NCBI RefSeq assembly: GCF_006345805.1
Contig: NC_043007.1
Span: forward strand, 24,490,001 to 24,554,000
Origin: Octopus sinensis
Lineage: Eukaryota
Direction: 5' to 3'
DNA length: 64,000 nucleotides
In this document: positions 38,578-50,712 of the stretch, piece by piece
Layout of the letters: every line of letters begins with the position of its first letter
Numbering within the stretch: the stretch's first letter is position 1
Notes under the pieces: model-generated
Told to the model about the DNA's origin: nothing
The model's input: only the letters and a program-made list of their open reading frames with translations
The model's database searches: none
Position numbers and translations under genes: made by a program

Positions 38578-38852
38578 GTGGAAGCGCAATGGCCCAGTAG
38601 TTAGGGCAGCGGACTCGCGGTTTAGATTCCTAGACCGGGCACTGTGAGTGTTTATTAAGCGAAAACACCTAAAGCTCCACGAGGCTCCGGCGATCCCTAC
38701 TGCACTCTTTCGCCACAACTTTCTCTCACTCTTTCTTCTGTTGGCCTGCTCGCTTAGCCAGCGGGGTGGAATCATTTGAAGGCTAAAACAATGCGAAGCG
38801 CATTGTGACCAGCGATGTGTAGCAACATCTGATAGCCTGGTCGGGCACGGTG
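38578..38852 (+). mobile_element. SINE C head with an alternative tail
   Basis: C head and middle, then the TTGGCCTGCTCGCTTAGCCAGCGGGGTGG tail also seen at 5870-6030. Confidence 0.8.
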
Positions 38853-39039
38853 ATATATATATATATACACACACACAATTATGCGCTTTGACTACAGCAT
38901 TAGAGCATTTTAGCTCTTATTTCTAGCAAAGTGTGTGTATATATATATATTATTTATTTCATGATTTGATTGAACGCTACGCATCCATTTCCAAGTAAGT
39001 TTATCTCTCTCTCTCAACGATCTATTCAACTCGTTATAG

Positions 39040-39290
39040 AGCATAGACACAGCAAAATTGCTTGAATGATACTGCCAGAAAATATACATATAGGTGTTCA
39101 TGCAGTCGGTACTTAGAACAGGAAAACAAATACGTGTCATGACTTCTGCTGGAAGAAAGGAACAGACGTAAGATGTCAAGGCTACCTGCGAAATAAATTT
39201 CCTCTCCGCCGAGATCCAAATTCAACCGCATATCCCACTTTACTGGAGCGGGAAAGGTTCCTTTTTTTAAAGCTGATCATTGTACGTAAT
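39040..39290 (-). repeat. Unclassified interspersed repeat family E, copy 1
   Basis: Highly similar to 39845-40105; inverted relative to 45000-45240. Confidence 0.75.
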
Positions 39291-39844
39291 ACATTCTACA
39301 ACAACTAACCTGAATCTACGCTGGAGCCTACTTCGGATTATATATATTGAGTTAATAAAGCAGTTATGGCAGAGGAGTGAGAGATTTTTCAGGAAGGCGA
39401 GTTTTGTTATTTTCCTGCCATTATAGCGAAACACATGTAACTAATGATGGCCAGAGCTGAATACTCAAACGATGGATGAACTATACAACCACCAGAATCC
39501 GTGATGTGTTTATTTTGTCCATTGTATTATTTAGCAGATGAATAACGCTTCGCTATTATCATAAAGTTTGTTTATGGCGTTATTTCCACGAGTGAACACG
39601 CAAAACATGTTATATAATGGTATGCAAGATTCCTTAGTAAACCAAGAGAGACTTCATATTTACTATACCTACACAGCTAAACAATCATTCATTGATCACC
39701 GTGGTCCATTCGAGATATAACGGGATGGTTAATTGAAGAATTAAGCTGGTTTGTGTTCTAATATATGTGTGTGCAGATAAAGGAAGGACGAGAAAGCCAG
39801 GTATGATTAAATGCGACGATTTATTTAACCCATTAAAGAGCATT

Positions 39845-40105
39845 AACGCAGCAAAATTGTTGAATACATTTTGAATGATACTGTCAGAAAATATACATAT
39901 TGGTGCTCATGCAGTCGGTACTTGATGATGTATCCGGTATAGAACAGGAAAACAGGAAAACGTGTCATGACTTCTACTGGAAGAAAGGAACAGACGTAAT
40001 ATGTCAAGGCTACCTGCGAAATAAATTTCCTCTCCACCGAGATCCGAATTCAACCGCACATCCCACCTCACTGGAGCGGGAAAGGTTCCTCTTTTTAAAG
40101 CTGAT
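39845..40105 (-). repeat. Family E copy 2
   Basis: Shares CATGCAGTCGGTACTT, AGAACAGGAAAAC and GGCTACCTGCGAAATAAATTTCCTCTCC with copy 1. Confidence 0.75.
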
Positions 40106-40467
40106 GGTAGGCTCCAGCGAACAGACATAAATCTGCCCGCGCTCGGCTGCTCTGTCACGTGATGAGATGATAGCCCGCGTATAGCTAGAAAAACTCGACC
40201 ATCACGTGATCAGGTCATGTGACCACTTGTAGAAAACACAACGTATGAGCCAATATCTGGGTATTTAAAGGTAGGCGGGCAATCTGTGAACATATACTTG
40301 CAACAGATTAAAGAGTTATTGTTTACAAAGATATATCCGGGTCTTGGTGGTTTATCTGGAATTTATGTATGTTCTGTTTTTAATTATTTAAATTCTTCCT
40401 CTAAGGAAGGAGCTGGTTTCTAATAAAGATACAAAATTCCATCGCTGGGATGTTGATAACGAAAATG

Positions 40468-40995
40468 TCATATTTTAAACATGAGAAAAGTCTTGCACAT
40501 TTTTACTGCTCCACTTACAGATAGTATTTGTAACGCACGAGCAGGTTGATTTTTTTCCCCCCGAAAATCCAAGCTTATCCAGCCAGTCACAAAATCAAGT
40601 GCACCAATTATTTGTATATATGTAACCTAGATATAGTACCTGGTGGTTTCGAAGTAGTTGTCCATAGCTATTCTCTTTTCGATTTTCAAAGAGATATTCA
40701 CATCAGCTGGACAGCTGCTCTCTGTGACGTTACATACATTTTCTGTCTATCCCAAATAACAATATCCGGCCTGTTAATACTTACACTTGACAGATGTTTG
40801 CAATAATGTTCCACCAATATTCCTTGTGCTGATGTTTGTGTGACTAATCAATAAGAGGAGCATTCTTTATATGTATTCCAGTACGATCGCTTTTCCGGAT
40901 GGCATTGTACGTTGTTTTCTGAGACAACGTCATGTCGAATAAGGAGGTAGTACCTTGCTGATATTTGGGGGCAGCAGCTAATCACGTGATGTTTC
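40468..40995 (-). mobile_element. R4/Dong-like non-LTR element C-terminus (CCHC-RHD plus restriction-like endonuclease)
   Basis: HVISCCP..RYYLLIRHDVV, NRPDIVIWD, ESSCPADVNI, IIGALD, LQILSVSGAVKMCKTF in the correct order with frameshifts. Confidence 0.75.
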
Positions 40996-41569
40996 TCACA
41001 GAAATATGACATGATCTACATTTTCAGTTGCATCTTGGAACTGTAAGGACTTCACTGTCCCTTTTGTTTACTATGTATGTATGTATATATGTATGTGTTT
41101 ATTGGACACCTTGCGGGATGAAAAACAAAACCCGTCAAAGGGCGGAGGAACTCTTGAGAGTCAACGGCCATCCAATAAATGTCTTAAGGATGTATCATGC
41201 GCGGGGACATAGAAATAATCGGACTGAATACCCGATCGCGCGGTTAAACCATTGGGAGTGAAGGACTCCTAGCCTTTGTTAGGGCATCCTTCTAGGAGAA
41301 GGTAACTCAGGTAACTGGGATAACTCCGACATAAAACTGCGGCTCAGTGGTTACCGATGATGTTGACTTGTTCTTCTTTTCGGATTATAGCTGCTGTTGC
41401 TTAGTGAGTGGGATTGACTCTGTGCACAGCCTTTCCTCACTTTAAAAAAAATCTTCTTGCACAGGCATTGCACAATAACAACATTGATTAAGCTTCATGC
41501 AATGGCCATACTCGATAACAAGAGGGCAGTCACCATGTATGTATGTATGCATTTGTACATAAATATGTA

Positions 41570-42124
41570 TTGGGTTGTCCGGAAAATTCGTGCTGATTTA
41601 TAGTAGACTTATTTTAGAACATGGTTGAGTCCATAAAATAGGATTCGACTACACCTCCATTTAGAGCACGGTTTAAGCTATCTTTTCGTGGAAGAAGGTT
41701 TACGTTCCTATAACCTGTGTTAATTTTGTAACCCTTTAAAATGGAAGATAAGAAAGTTCATTTTCGGCACTTGATGCTTTGGGAACCAGACAAAAATTGC
41801 TGCAGCTCAGCTGGGATGTGTTACCCCACCCTCCATATTCACCAGATATTGCTCCTTCGGATTTCCACTTATTCAGGTCTCTGCAGAATAGTCTTAATGG
41901 TAAAAATTTCAATTCCTTGGATGACATACAAAGATACCTTGATGAACTCTTTGCCATGAAAGCACCTCAATTCTGGGAAGAGGGTATTTTCAAGTTAAAA
42001 GAAAGATGGAGACGCATTGTGCAAAAAAATGGTTCATATTTGGTTGATTAAAAATGTAATGGCAAGTATTTATTGACCTTTTTCTTTCCTTTAAAAATCG
42101 GCACGAACTTTCCGGACAATCCAA
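41570..42124 (+). mobile_element. Internally deleted mariner (mellifera-subfamily-like), 555 bp, intact TIRs
   Basis: About 30-bp TIRs TTGGGTTGTCCGGAAAATTCGTGCTGATTT / AAATCGGCACGAACTTTCCGGACAATCCAA with TA on both sides. MEDKKVHFRHLML is fused out of frame to TRQKLLQLSWDVLPHPPYSPDIAPSDFHLFRSLQNSLNGKNF. Confidence 0.95.
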
Positions 42125-42527
42125 TATGTATTGTCCCATCGTCTCTTTTCCAATATCGGTAAAAACGAGATTCGTTTTAGTATACAGTTAGCAGTGAGTA
42201 CATGCTACTCTCAATATCCAACGTGACAGAAATCCATATGAAGCATCCTCACCTGTTACTGTTGGACGATTTTCGCCTGCTACCGAAGTAATTTGTGTTT
42301 TTTAAACACACCACATTCATAAGAGATGCTATTTCCGGACGAATACCGCAGTAAATTTGCTTTTGTATTTATAGTGAGTGTGATAAACAAATGCTATACC
42401 TATACAAGAGTGTCCCCCCCCCCCATCTGACTTTGTTTCCTCATAACTTTTAGAAAAATTGATATTTTTTAATAAAATTTTCAACAAATACGCTTCAGAT
42501 TTCAATTATATCGGAATTATTAGTGCG

Positions 42528-42815
42528 CAAGCGTGGCTGTGTGGAACCACATGGTTCCGGGTTCAGTCCCACTGCGTGGCACTTTGGGCAAGTGTCTTCT
42601 ACTATAGCCTCGGGCCGACCAAAGCCTTTTGAGTGGACTTGGTAGTCGGAAACTGAAGGAAGCCTGTCGAATATATGTATGTGTATGTGCGTTTGTCCCC
42701 CCGTTATCGCTTGATAACCGATGGTGATGTGTTTATGTCACCGTAACTTAGAAGTTCGGCAAAAAAGAGGTCGTCAGAATAAGTACTAGGCTTGCAAAGA
42801 ATAAGTCCTGGGTCG
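42528..42815 (+). mobile_element. SINE A, 3'-truncated
   Basis: A consensus up to GGGTCGATTT. Confidence 0.8.
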
Positions 42816-43339
42816 ATTTCTTAACAGAGGCGCCGTCAACATTGGACGTGCAGGTGTAGAGAACCATTTAAAAAGTCCGTTTTCAACGCCTTGCTCTAGA
42901 AATATTCCGGCTTCTCCAGCGTAAATTGGTAACTGGTTTATTTCTCCAATAATTAATAAGAGAAACGCCTTTTAGCGTTATCCTGAACAGATCTTTAAAA
43001 ATAACATCTACACCATGTGGAATCTCGCTAACACGATTATGGCTGAAACTAACACCACCACAAATGAAATTAACGCCACAGTAGATGAAACTAACAAAGT
43101 TACCACTGATGAAAACAGAGCCACAACCCTTTCATTACCAACCTGGCTGAAACCGGCTCTGGTTCTGTAGTACAAATGTCTTGTTTTCATAATATCTGAA
43201 TTAAAATCTTCCACCAAACCTTAGTCACAATTTACGTTCCTAACACTAGCTTGATGATAACTAAGTTATTTTACTAAATTCTTTGTTGTATTTAAAATTA
43301 ATTCAAAGAAACACAGAACATCTCAACAGAGATACGGTA

Positions 43340-43900
43340 ACAAAAGGGGTAAGTTATTTAAGAAGTCGTAAGTACTCATCTCACTTTACTTGGACTCAAC
43401 GACTAAACCAAGATTTACTTCGGTGTTATGAAAAAGTCCGAGATGACCCTTCAGTCGGATACATGAAGCGGTTACAACAATACGGGGATGAAGTTCATCC
43501 CAATTTAAATACCTTCACGGTGAAACAGCTCCGACAACAAGCATCTTTTGTAAAAAAAAAAAAAAAAGTCGAATGGTCCTCGTTCCTCCTAAAACACTGA
43601 GAATTGGCCAAAATCAGCTAGAATCGGTGTAAAAAATAATATAAACAAACTACCGCTCTTGCTATCGCTAAATTCGTGTGTTTCCAATTTTAGCTGACTT
43701 AGCAGTGAAGACTCCGGAATATATCCTACTCAAAAACATTTTAAAATTATAATTCGCAAAAAATTTTGCTACTTTCTCGAAGCTTTCATTGAGCAACAGA
43801 TTATTCCCAACAAGAATGAGAAAAGATCTGATCTATCTAATGCTTAAAATTATCAACGATGTCGCTGGAGATCACATGAATCATGTAATATTAATTACTG
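43340..43900 (+). mobile_element. R4/Dong-like ORF N-terminal remnant
   Basis: FTWTQRLNQDLLRCYEK...GYMKRL...HP.....KQLRQQASFVKKK resembles the R4-clade N-terminal W..E.N..LM.CY...GY.KRM...HP...QxLRDQ motif. Confidence 0.55.
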
Positions 43901-44688
43901 AAAACTCACCTTCTCCTTGTCTCGAAGTCTTTGGTTCTAGACCTTCTAAGGTCTAGCTACTGACCACACAAGACACAGCCAGTTCCAGTGACAACGCCAG
44001 ACGCCCAGGTTTCAACACAGCATTGTTCGTGAATTCTTTCACCATGGTTCAACAGCAAAGATACAACCTGTGCACCAGACGACAACATCCGTCCAACAGC
44101 ATTACGGCAATCTCTTTCTTCGTCACTACTATCTTCTTAACGACGTCAACAACATCTCTACGTACACAGCTTAACCAGCAACACTGCACGAGTTCTAACA
44201 CAACACTGTTTGTGAATTACTTCACCATGGCTAACAGCAAATACAACCTACGAGAACTCCTGTACAAGTGACCTAGGCAGCAACATTACAGTCACAACTT
44301 CGTACGACATGTACTGCAACAGGCTCTGCATCATCGCCACAACTTCTTGATACAGTATTTCAATTACTGTGTACAATTGACTACGAACTGGTATTTCTCG
44401 TTCTTGTGTCTACGAACATTCGTCTAACTTCTCATTATAGACTCTTTCCCTGTCTTCATTGTTGTTCTTATATGTACTTAACGCACACGCATACATTCAT
44501 GCCTATACGCACATACACTTTGTTCTCATGACGGCCTGTCTATTATTCTGTATACCTGACGCACACGCAGACACAAGTTAACATATCAGTAAATCTTCTC
44601 TCAAACATTCGACTCTGTTGTGTCTCTCTTTTCCACCTGGCACATTATATGTATTATTCCAGCCCTCTGAACGGAGTCGTTATTAGAT

Positions 44689-44975
44689 AGGCGCAGGAGT
44701 GGCTGTGTGGTAAGTAGCTTGCTAACCAACCACATGGTTCCGGGTTCAGTCCCACTGCGTAGCATCTTGGGCAAGTGTCTTCTGCTATAGCCTCGTATGT
44801 GTCCCTCTAGCATTGCTTGACAACCGATGCTGGTGTGTTTACATCCCCGTCACTTAGCGGTTCTCAAAAGAGACCGATAGAATAAGTACTGGGCTTACAA
44901 AGAATAAGCTCGACTAAAGGCGGTGCAGCATGGCTGCAGTCAAATGACTGAAACAAGTAAAAGAGAGTAAAGAGA
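44689..44975 (+). mobile_element. SINE A with internal deletion
   Basis: Head joined directly to the 3' half. Confidence 0.85.
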
Positions 44976-44999
44976 TATGTCTATCCACTGGGAGTCCAC

Positions 45000-45240
45000 T
45001 ATCAGGTATATAAGGAGAGTCTTCCTGCTATTTCTTTAGTGAGGTGAGTTGCACGGTCGAGTTCGGATCTCGGCAGAGAAGTTTATTTCACAGGCAGCCT
45101 CCTTATCCTTTGACGCGTAACGTCTGTTCCTGTCCTCCAGCAGAAGTCATGTTACGTATTTGCTTTCCTGTTCTACACCACACATATCACGTACCAACTG
45201 CATGAGAAGTCATGGTGCATTTGCTGACAGTATATTTTAA
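45000..45240 (+). repeat. Family E copy 3 (diverged, inverted)
   Basis: Its reverse complement aligns to copies 1 and 2; carries GGTATATAAGG near its start. Confidence 0.6.
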
Positions 45241-45247
45241 GATATAT

Positions 45248-45482
45248 CAAGGCGGCGAGCTGGCAGAAACGTTAGCACGCCGGGCGAAATGCATAGCCGT
45301 ATTTCATCTGCCGTTACGTTCTGAGTTCAAATTCCGCCGAAGTCGACTTTGCTTTTCATCGTTTCGGGGTTGATAAATTAAGTACCAGTGACGCACTGGG
45401 TTCAATGTAATCGACTTAATCCGTTTGTCTGTCCTTGTTTGTTCCCTCTGTGTTTAGCCCCTTGTGGGTAGTAAAGAAATAA
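45248..45482 (+). mobile_element. SINE B
   Basis: Full-length B consensus. A 5' half-copy also lies at 50062-50175. Confidence 0.9.
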
Positions 45483-45488
45483 GTACAT

Positions 45489-45885
45489 AGGTGCAGGAGT
45501 GGCTGTGTGGTAAGTAGCTTGCTAACCAACCACGTGGTTCTGGGTTCAGTCCCACTGCGTGGCATCTTGGGCAAGTGTCTTCTGCTATAGCCCCGGGCCG
45601 ACCAATGCCTTGTGAGTGGATTTGGTAGACGGAAACTGAAAGAAGCCTGTCGTATATATGTATATATATATATGTGTGTTTGTCTCCCTAGCATTGCTTG
45701 ACAATCGATGCTGGTGTGTTTACGTCCCCGTCACTTAGCGGTTCGGCAAAGAGGCCGATAGAATAAGTACTGGGCTTACAAAGAATAAGTCCCGGGGTCG
45801 ATTTGCTCGACTAAAGGCGGTGCTCCAGCATGGCCGCAGTCAAAATGACTGAAACAAGTAAAAGAGTAAAAGAGAAAGAGAAAGA
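45489..45885 (+). mobile_element. SINE A
   Basis: Full-length. Confidence 0.9.
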
Positions 45886-46815
45886 GAGTATATTTTAAGA
45901 TATATATGAACAGCTTTGCCGTGTTTAATTCTCTTTAACGGGTTGAATAAACCATCGCATTTGATTCTTCTGGCTTTCTGCTTCTACTTTTACCTACACG
46001 TACATGTAAATTGGAACTCAAACCAGCTTTATCCCACAACGCAATCAATCCCATTAAAAATGAATATTTTTAAGCCTGGGATTTACTCTATCATTATCCT
46101 TTGCCGAACCGCTAACTTACGAGGACATAAACACACCAATACCGATTGTCAAGTGGTGGTGGGCACAAATAGACACCAAGACACAAACACACACATATAT
46201 ATCGTCAGTAGTTCATATATCCGAAAAAGAAGCATACTATAAAACATTAGAGCAGTAGTATATTTAGAAGTTTGTTTGCTATAGCTGCTCTGAAAGTCTC
46301 TGACCGGGTATAACAAACAACCTTATATATAAAAATAAATCTTGAAATTAAATGGTTTTGATTTACTGTCAGGTGATTTTTGGCCAACCCTGTGTGTATG
46401 TATATATATATATATATTATATTGAGGGTACTACTATTCGTAGATACCACACGCTAAGAGGGACCAATGCGGTCAAAACTACTAAAATAAACAAAATTTT
46501 ACCGAATGCAAAACTTCAAAGCAAATCATTTAAAAAAAGAATTTAGCTACATATCACATGTGATTTCGCAATTAATGCAGAATATGCATTCTATGTTCAT
46601 CAGTGCAACAAACTCAAGATATATAAGAAAAAACATAACGTTACAAGCTCGATAGCCAACCGTAGAATTCGTCGTAGCATGTACGAATGTTTATCTTTAC
46701 ATATCTATGAAAATAATAAATATTTTCAAAGTGGAAACATTTACGGATTTTTTCTCTTATGAGGTTTTTCGCGCTAACTACTGATAATTTCTTATAAAGA
46801 TTTTATCCTCAATTG

Positions 46816-46852
<37 letters not shown>

Positions 46853-47201
46853 GGCAGCTGAAGAAGGGGAATGTTCCTTGTGTTGTATGTCTTGTACTCT
46901 GTTTTTACGTTGTTTGAAAAGTCCGTTTCCATGTTTTTGTTTTCGTTTCTCGTTGTGTTCTACGTTTTTTTTTTTTTTTTGGTGTCCTGTACCCATATAT
47001 GCATGTATATATACATATAGATGTAGGTATGTACATATATGTATGTATGTATGCATATGTTTTATTTATTAATTTATATATATATATATATATATATATC
47101 ACTTTGACCGACCAGTCCGTCAGACGTCCATTTGACACCGCTGGGATATCAAAAAGGAGATCTCACGGAGAGTAAGGGCCGGATGGAAGGCGTTCAATGG
47201 C

Positions 47202-47282
<81 letters not shown>

Positions 47283-47700
47283 GCATACAATGGGCTTCTT
47301 TCACCTTCCTTCTACCAAATCCACTCTCGTGGCTTTATTCGGCCCAAGGCTATAGTAGAAGACACTTGTCCAAGGTAGCACGCTGTGGGACTGAACCCGG
47401 AGCCATGCAGTTAGGAAGCAAGCTTCTTACCACACAGTCACGTCTGCTCCTTTACAAAGAATATTTGCCGTTCATTAAGAACTTCAGCATAATTTGAAAA
47501 GAGTTGAGGATGGAATCGAAATTATACGATGTAAAGTTTTCTCTCAAAACCACTGAGATCATTGACTCGCATATCAATTATTTCGACATAAACACACGTA
47601 CCTGGCCCCTACTACAAGCATCACTGACCTAGAATCTTTAGAATTGAGCCTCGTAGATTTGATATACAATATCTTGAAAAGATCCTATCTATTTACAAAA

Positions 47701-48087
47701 GTGGAGGCGCAATGGCCCAGTGGTTAGGGCAGCGGACTCGCGGTCATAGGATCGCGGTTTCGATTCCCAGACTGGGCGTTGTGAGTGTTTATTGAGCGAA
47801 AACACCTAAAAGTTCCACGAGGCTCCGGCAGGGGACGGTGGTGATCCCTGCTGTACTCTTTCACCACAACTTTCTCTCACTCTTACTTCCTGTTTCTGTT
47901 GTACCTGTATTCCAAGGGGCCGGCCTTTTCACTCTCCTTGTCACGCTGAATATCCCCGAGAACTACGTTAAGGGTGCACGTGTCTGTGGAGTGCTCAGCC
48001 ACTTACACGTTAATTTCACGAGCAGGCTGTTCCGTTGATTCGGATCAACCGGAACCCTCGTCGTCGTAACCGACGGAGTGCTTCCCC
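47701..48087 (+). mobile_element. tRNA-derived SINE family C (undeleted head), 13-bp TSD
   Basis: GTGGAGGCGCAATGGCCCAGTGGTTAGGG head; ATTTACAAAAGTG at 47691-47703 and 48088-48100. Confidence 0.92.
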
Positions 48088-48215
48088 ATTTACAAAAGTG
48101 CCAACACTTTCCAAATCAAAGGTATCTCTGAATTAAGAATACTTGGACATGACCCGTTGTTTATGTCTGGAATAAATAATACTTTGCTTCCAAGAAAGAA
48201 TTAGGTAAAAGACAA

Positions 48216-48382
48216 AAGGCGCAGGAGTGGCCGTGTGGTAAGTAGCTTGTTTACTAACCACATGGTTCCGGGTTCAGTCCCACTGTGTGGCACCTTGGGC
48301 AAGTGTCCTCTACTATAGCCTCGGGCCGACCAGAGCCTTGTGAGTGGATTTGGTAGACGGAAACTGAAAGAAGCCCGTCGTA

Positions 48383-48452
<70 letters not shown>

Positions 48453-48670
48453 CGTGTGTGTTTGTGTGTCTGTGTTTGTCCCCCTAGCATCGCTTGACAA
48501 CCGATGCTGGTGTGTTTATGTCCCCGTCACTTAGCGGTTCGGCAAAAAGAGACCGATAGAATAAGAAACTGGGCTTACAAAGAATAAGTCCCGGGGGTCG
48601 ATTTGCTCGACTAAAGGCGGTGCTCCAGCATGGCCGCAGTCAAATGACTGAAACAAGTAAAAGAAAAAAA
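48216..48670 (+). mobile_element. SINE A
   Basis: Full-length with a long central (TA)n. Confidence 0.9.
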
Positions 48671-48961
48671 AAGAAAGAATACTGAAATAAAAGAATTATT
48701 TAACAGATCAAAGTACATGTGTTTTTAAGATCATCTCCTTTTCATTGAGCACATTGCTATCCTTTGATGTATTGTCTTTAAAGAGTGAACTTAGTTTGAG
48801 AAGCTGTTGATTAAAAAAAAAAAAAAAAGACTTCGAGAATATAATCATTGAACTATTTTCTTCTGAAATGAGTGAATGGAGAAAAGTGAAGTAGACAGTG
48901 CTTATTGGTTGTCTAGGTTACTTGTGCATGGGGTGAGAGCTCGAGGTAAAAATGGTGACAG

Positions 48962-48998
<37 letters not shown>

Positions 48999-49067
48999 TA
49001 CCGGAGTAAACACATAAATGTGAAACAAGGTGGAAAAAAAGAGTACTCAAATACCAGTGGTAGAGTA

Positions 49068-49230
49068 ATATGCTTTATTTAAAGCAGCAGAAAATTCAAC
49101 AAAACCTGTTACTCTGAGTTCACGTTGCCGTTCATCGGACAGTTTTTGCAAAAACTGTCCGATGAACGGCAACGTGAAACTCAGAGTAACAGGTTTTGTT
49201 GAATTTTCTGCTGCTTTAAATAAAGTATAT
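49068..49230. repeat. Zero-spacer palindrome, about 76-bp core arms, one indel
   Basis: Centre TTTTTG|CAAAAA between 49148 and 49149; core arms 49073-49148 and 49149-49225. Confidence 0.95.
49155..49192 (+). ncRNA. Type I hammerhead ribozyme motif (U4C core variant)
   Basis: Stem I CTGT/ACAG, core CCGATGA, stem II ACG-GCAA-CGT, GAAA, palindromic stem III ACTC-A-GAGT, GUA cleavage triplet ending at 49188. Confidence 0.6.
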
Positions 49231-49234
49231 ACAT

Positions 49235-49282
<48 letters not shown>

Positions 49283-49612
49283 TAGATAGATACATATACA
49301 GAGAGAGAGAAAGAAAGATCTTGTAAAAGAATGGCTTATTACAACATTGGAAGAAAAATGTGTTTGTCCATTCATTCATTCTGTCTCTCTGTCTTTCCGT
49401 ATGTATAATTGTATGCATTACAGATAAACACGTACGTTTCTCAACACGACAATTAAAAACATTTTTTGTTAGATTATAAAGCAAACGCTTTCCAAAATAT
49501 TAATTTTTAATTGTTGTATCTTAATAAGTTAACTAAATGTCATTAGCGATCCAGATGAGAAATGTTTGTGTGCATACACGCACACAGTTAGACAGACATA
49601 TATTTGCGTATG

Positions 49613-49932
49613 TGAGGGCGCGTGGCTTAGTGGTTAGGGCATTCGGCTCATGATCGTAAGGTTGTGAGTTCGATTCCCGGCGACGCGTTGTGTCCTTGAG
49701 CAAGACACTTTATTTCACGTTGCTCCAGTCCACTCAGCTGGCAAAAATGAGTTGTACTTGTATTTCAAAGGGTCAGCCTTGTCACTCTCTGTGTCACGCT
49801 GATTATCCCCGAGAACTACGTTAAGGGTACACGTGTCTGTGGAATGCTCAGCCATTTGCACGTTAATTTCACGAGCAAGCTGTTCCGTTGATCGTATCAG
49901 CTGGGACCCTCGTCGTCGTAACCGGCGGAGTC
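49613..49932 (+). mobile_element. tRNA-derived SINE family D (shares its 3' tail with C)
   Basis: GTGGCTTAGTGGTTAGGG head, TTGTGTCCTTGAGCAAGACACTTTATTTCAC middle, C-type GAGAACTACGTTAAGGG tail. Other D pieces: 9043-9385, 20198-20400, 59816-59930, 62287-62450 (+); 1-140, 4490-4800, 6600-6790, 37690-37970 (-). Confidence 0.88.
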
Positions 49933-49984
49933 TTTTATTTGCGTATACGTATGCACGTGCCATGCGTACAAAGAAAACATACAA

Positions 49985-50023
<39 letters not shown>

Positions 50024-50355
50024 GAACAGAACTTTTGATCGAATGCCCATAGTGTGGCGAAATAAGGCGGCGAGCTGGCAGAATCGTTAGCACGCCGGGC
50101 GAAATGCGTAGTCGTATTTCGTCTGCCGTTGCGCACTGAGTTCAAATTCCGCCGAGGTCGACTTTGCCTTTCATTTAATTGTATATATTTTAATTGTCTG
50201 TTTATTCATACGTTTCGTCTCATCCGATACCCTGATCCCAACGTTTGTTTTGTCTGTCCCCTCTATTTCTCAACCTTATGGTGAATAAAGAAATTCTCTC
50301 TCTCCTTACTTACTTACTTTCCTTCCTTCCTTCCTTGCTTCCATACATACATACA

Positions 50356-50712
50356 TGTGGAGGCGCAATGGCCCAGTGGTTAGGGCAGCGGACTCGCGGT
50401 TTCGATTCCCAGACCGGGCGTTGTGAGTGTTTATTGAGCGAAAACACCTAAAGCTCCACGAGGCTCCGGCAGGGATGGTGGTGATCCCTGCTGTACTCTT
50501 TCACTACAACTTTCTCTCACTCTTACTTCCTGTTTCTGTTGTACCTATATTTCAAAGGGCCGGCCTTGTCACTCTCTGAATCTCCTCGAGAACTACGTTA
50601 AGGGTACATGTGTCTGTGGAATGCTCAGCCACTTGCACGTTAATTCCACGAGCAGGCTGTTCCGTTGATCGTATCAGCTGGGACCCTCATCGTCGTAACC
50701 GACGGAGTGCTC
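50356..50712 (+). mobile_element. SINE C
   Basis: C consensus, head with the 14-bp deletion. Confidence 0.9.

Noticed and set aside
43015-43170. 51-aa ORF with CACCATG context and N-glycosylation sequons, like a GPCR N-terminus
   Set aside because: It stops before a full TM1 and no further helices follow, so it cannot be supported.
45416-45694. Recurrent ORFs such as RQASFSFRLPNPLTR and YDRLLSVSVYQIHSQG
   Set aside because: These are SINE A read in various frames, not a multicopy gene family.
47701-47775. SINE heads as real tRNA genes
   Set aside because: They keep A/B boxes but lack acceptor-stem closure and continue into SINE bodies.
47838-48038. Identical 66-aa ORF here and at 54148
   Set aside because: It is SINE C body sequence; the identity reflects young copies.
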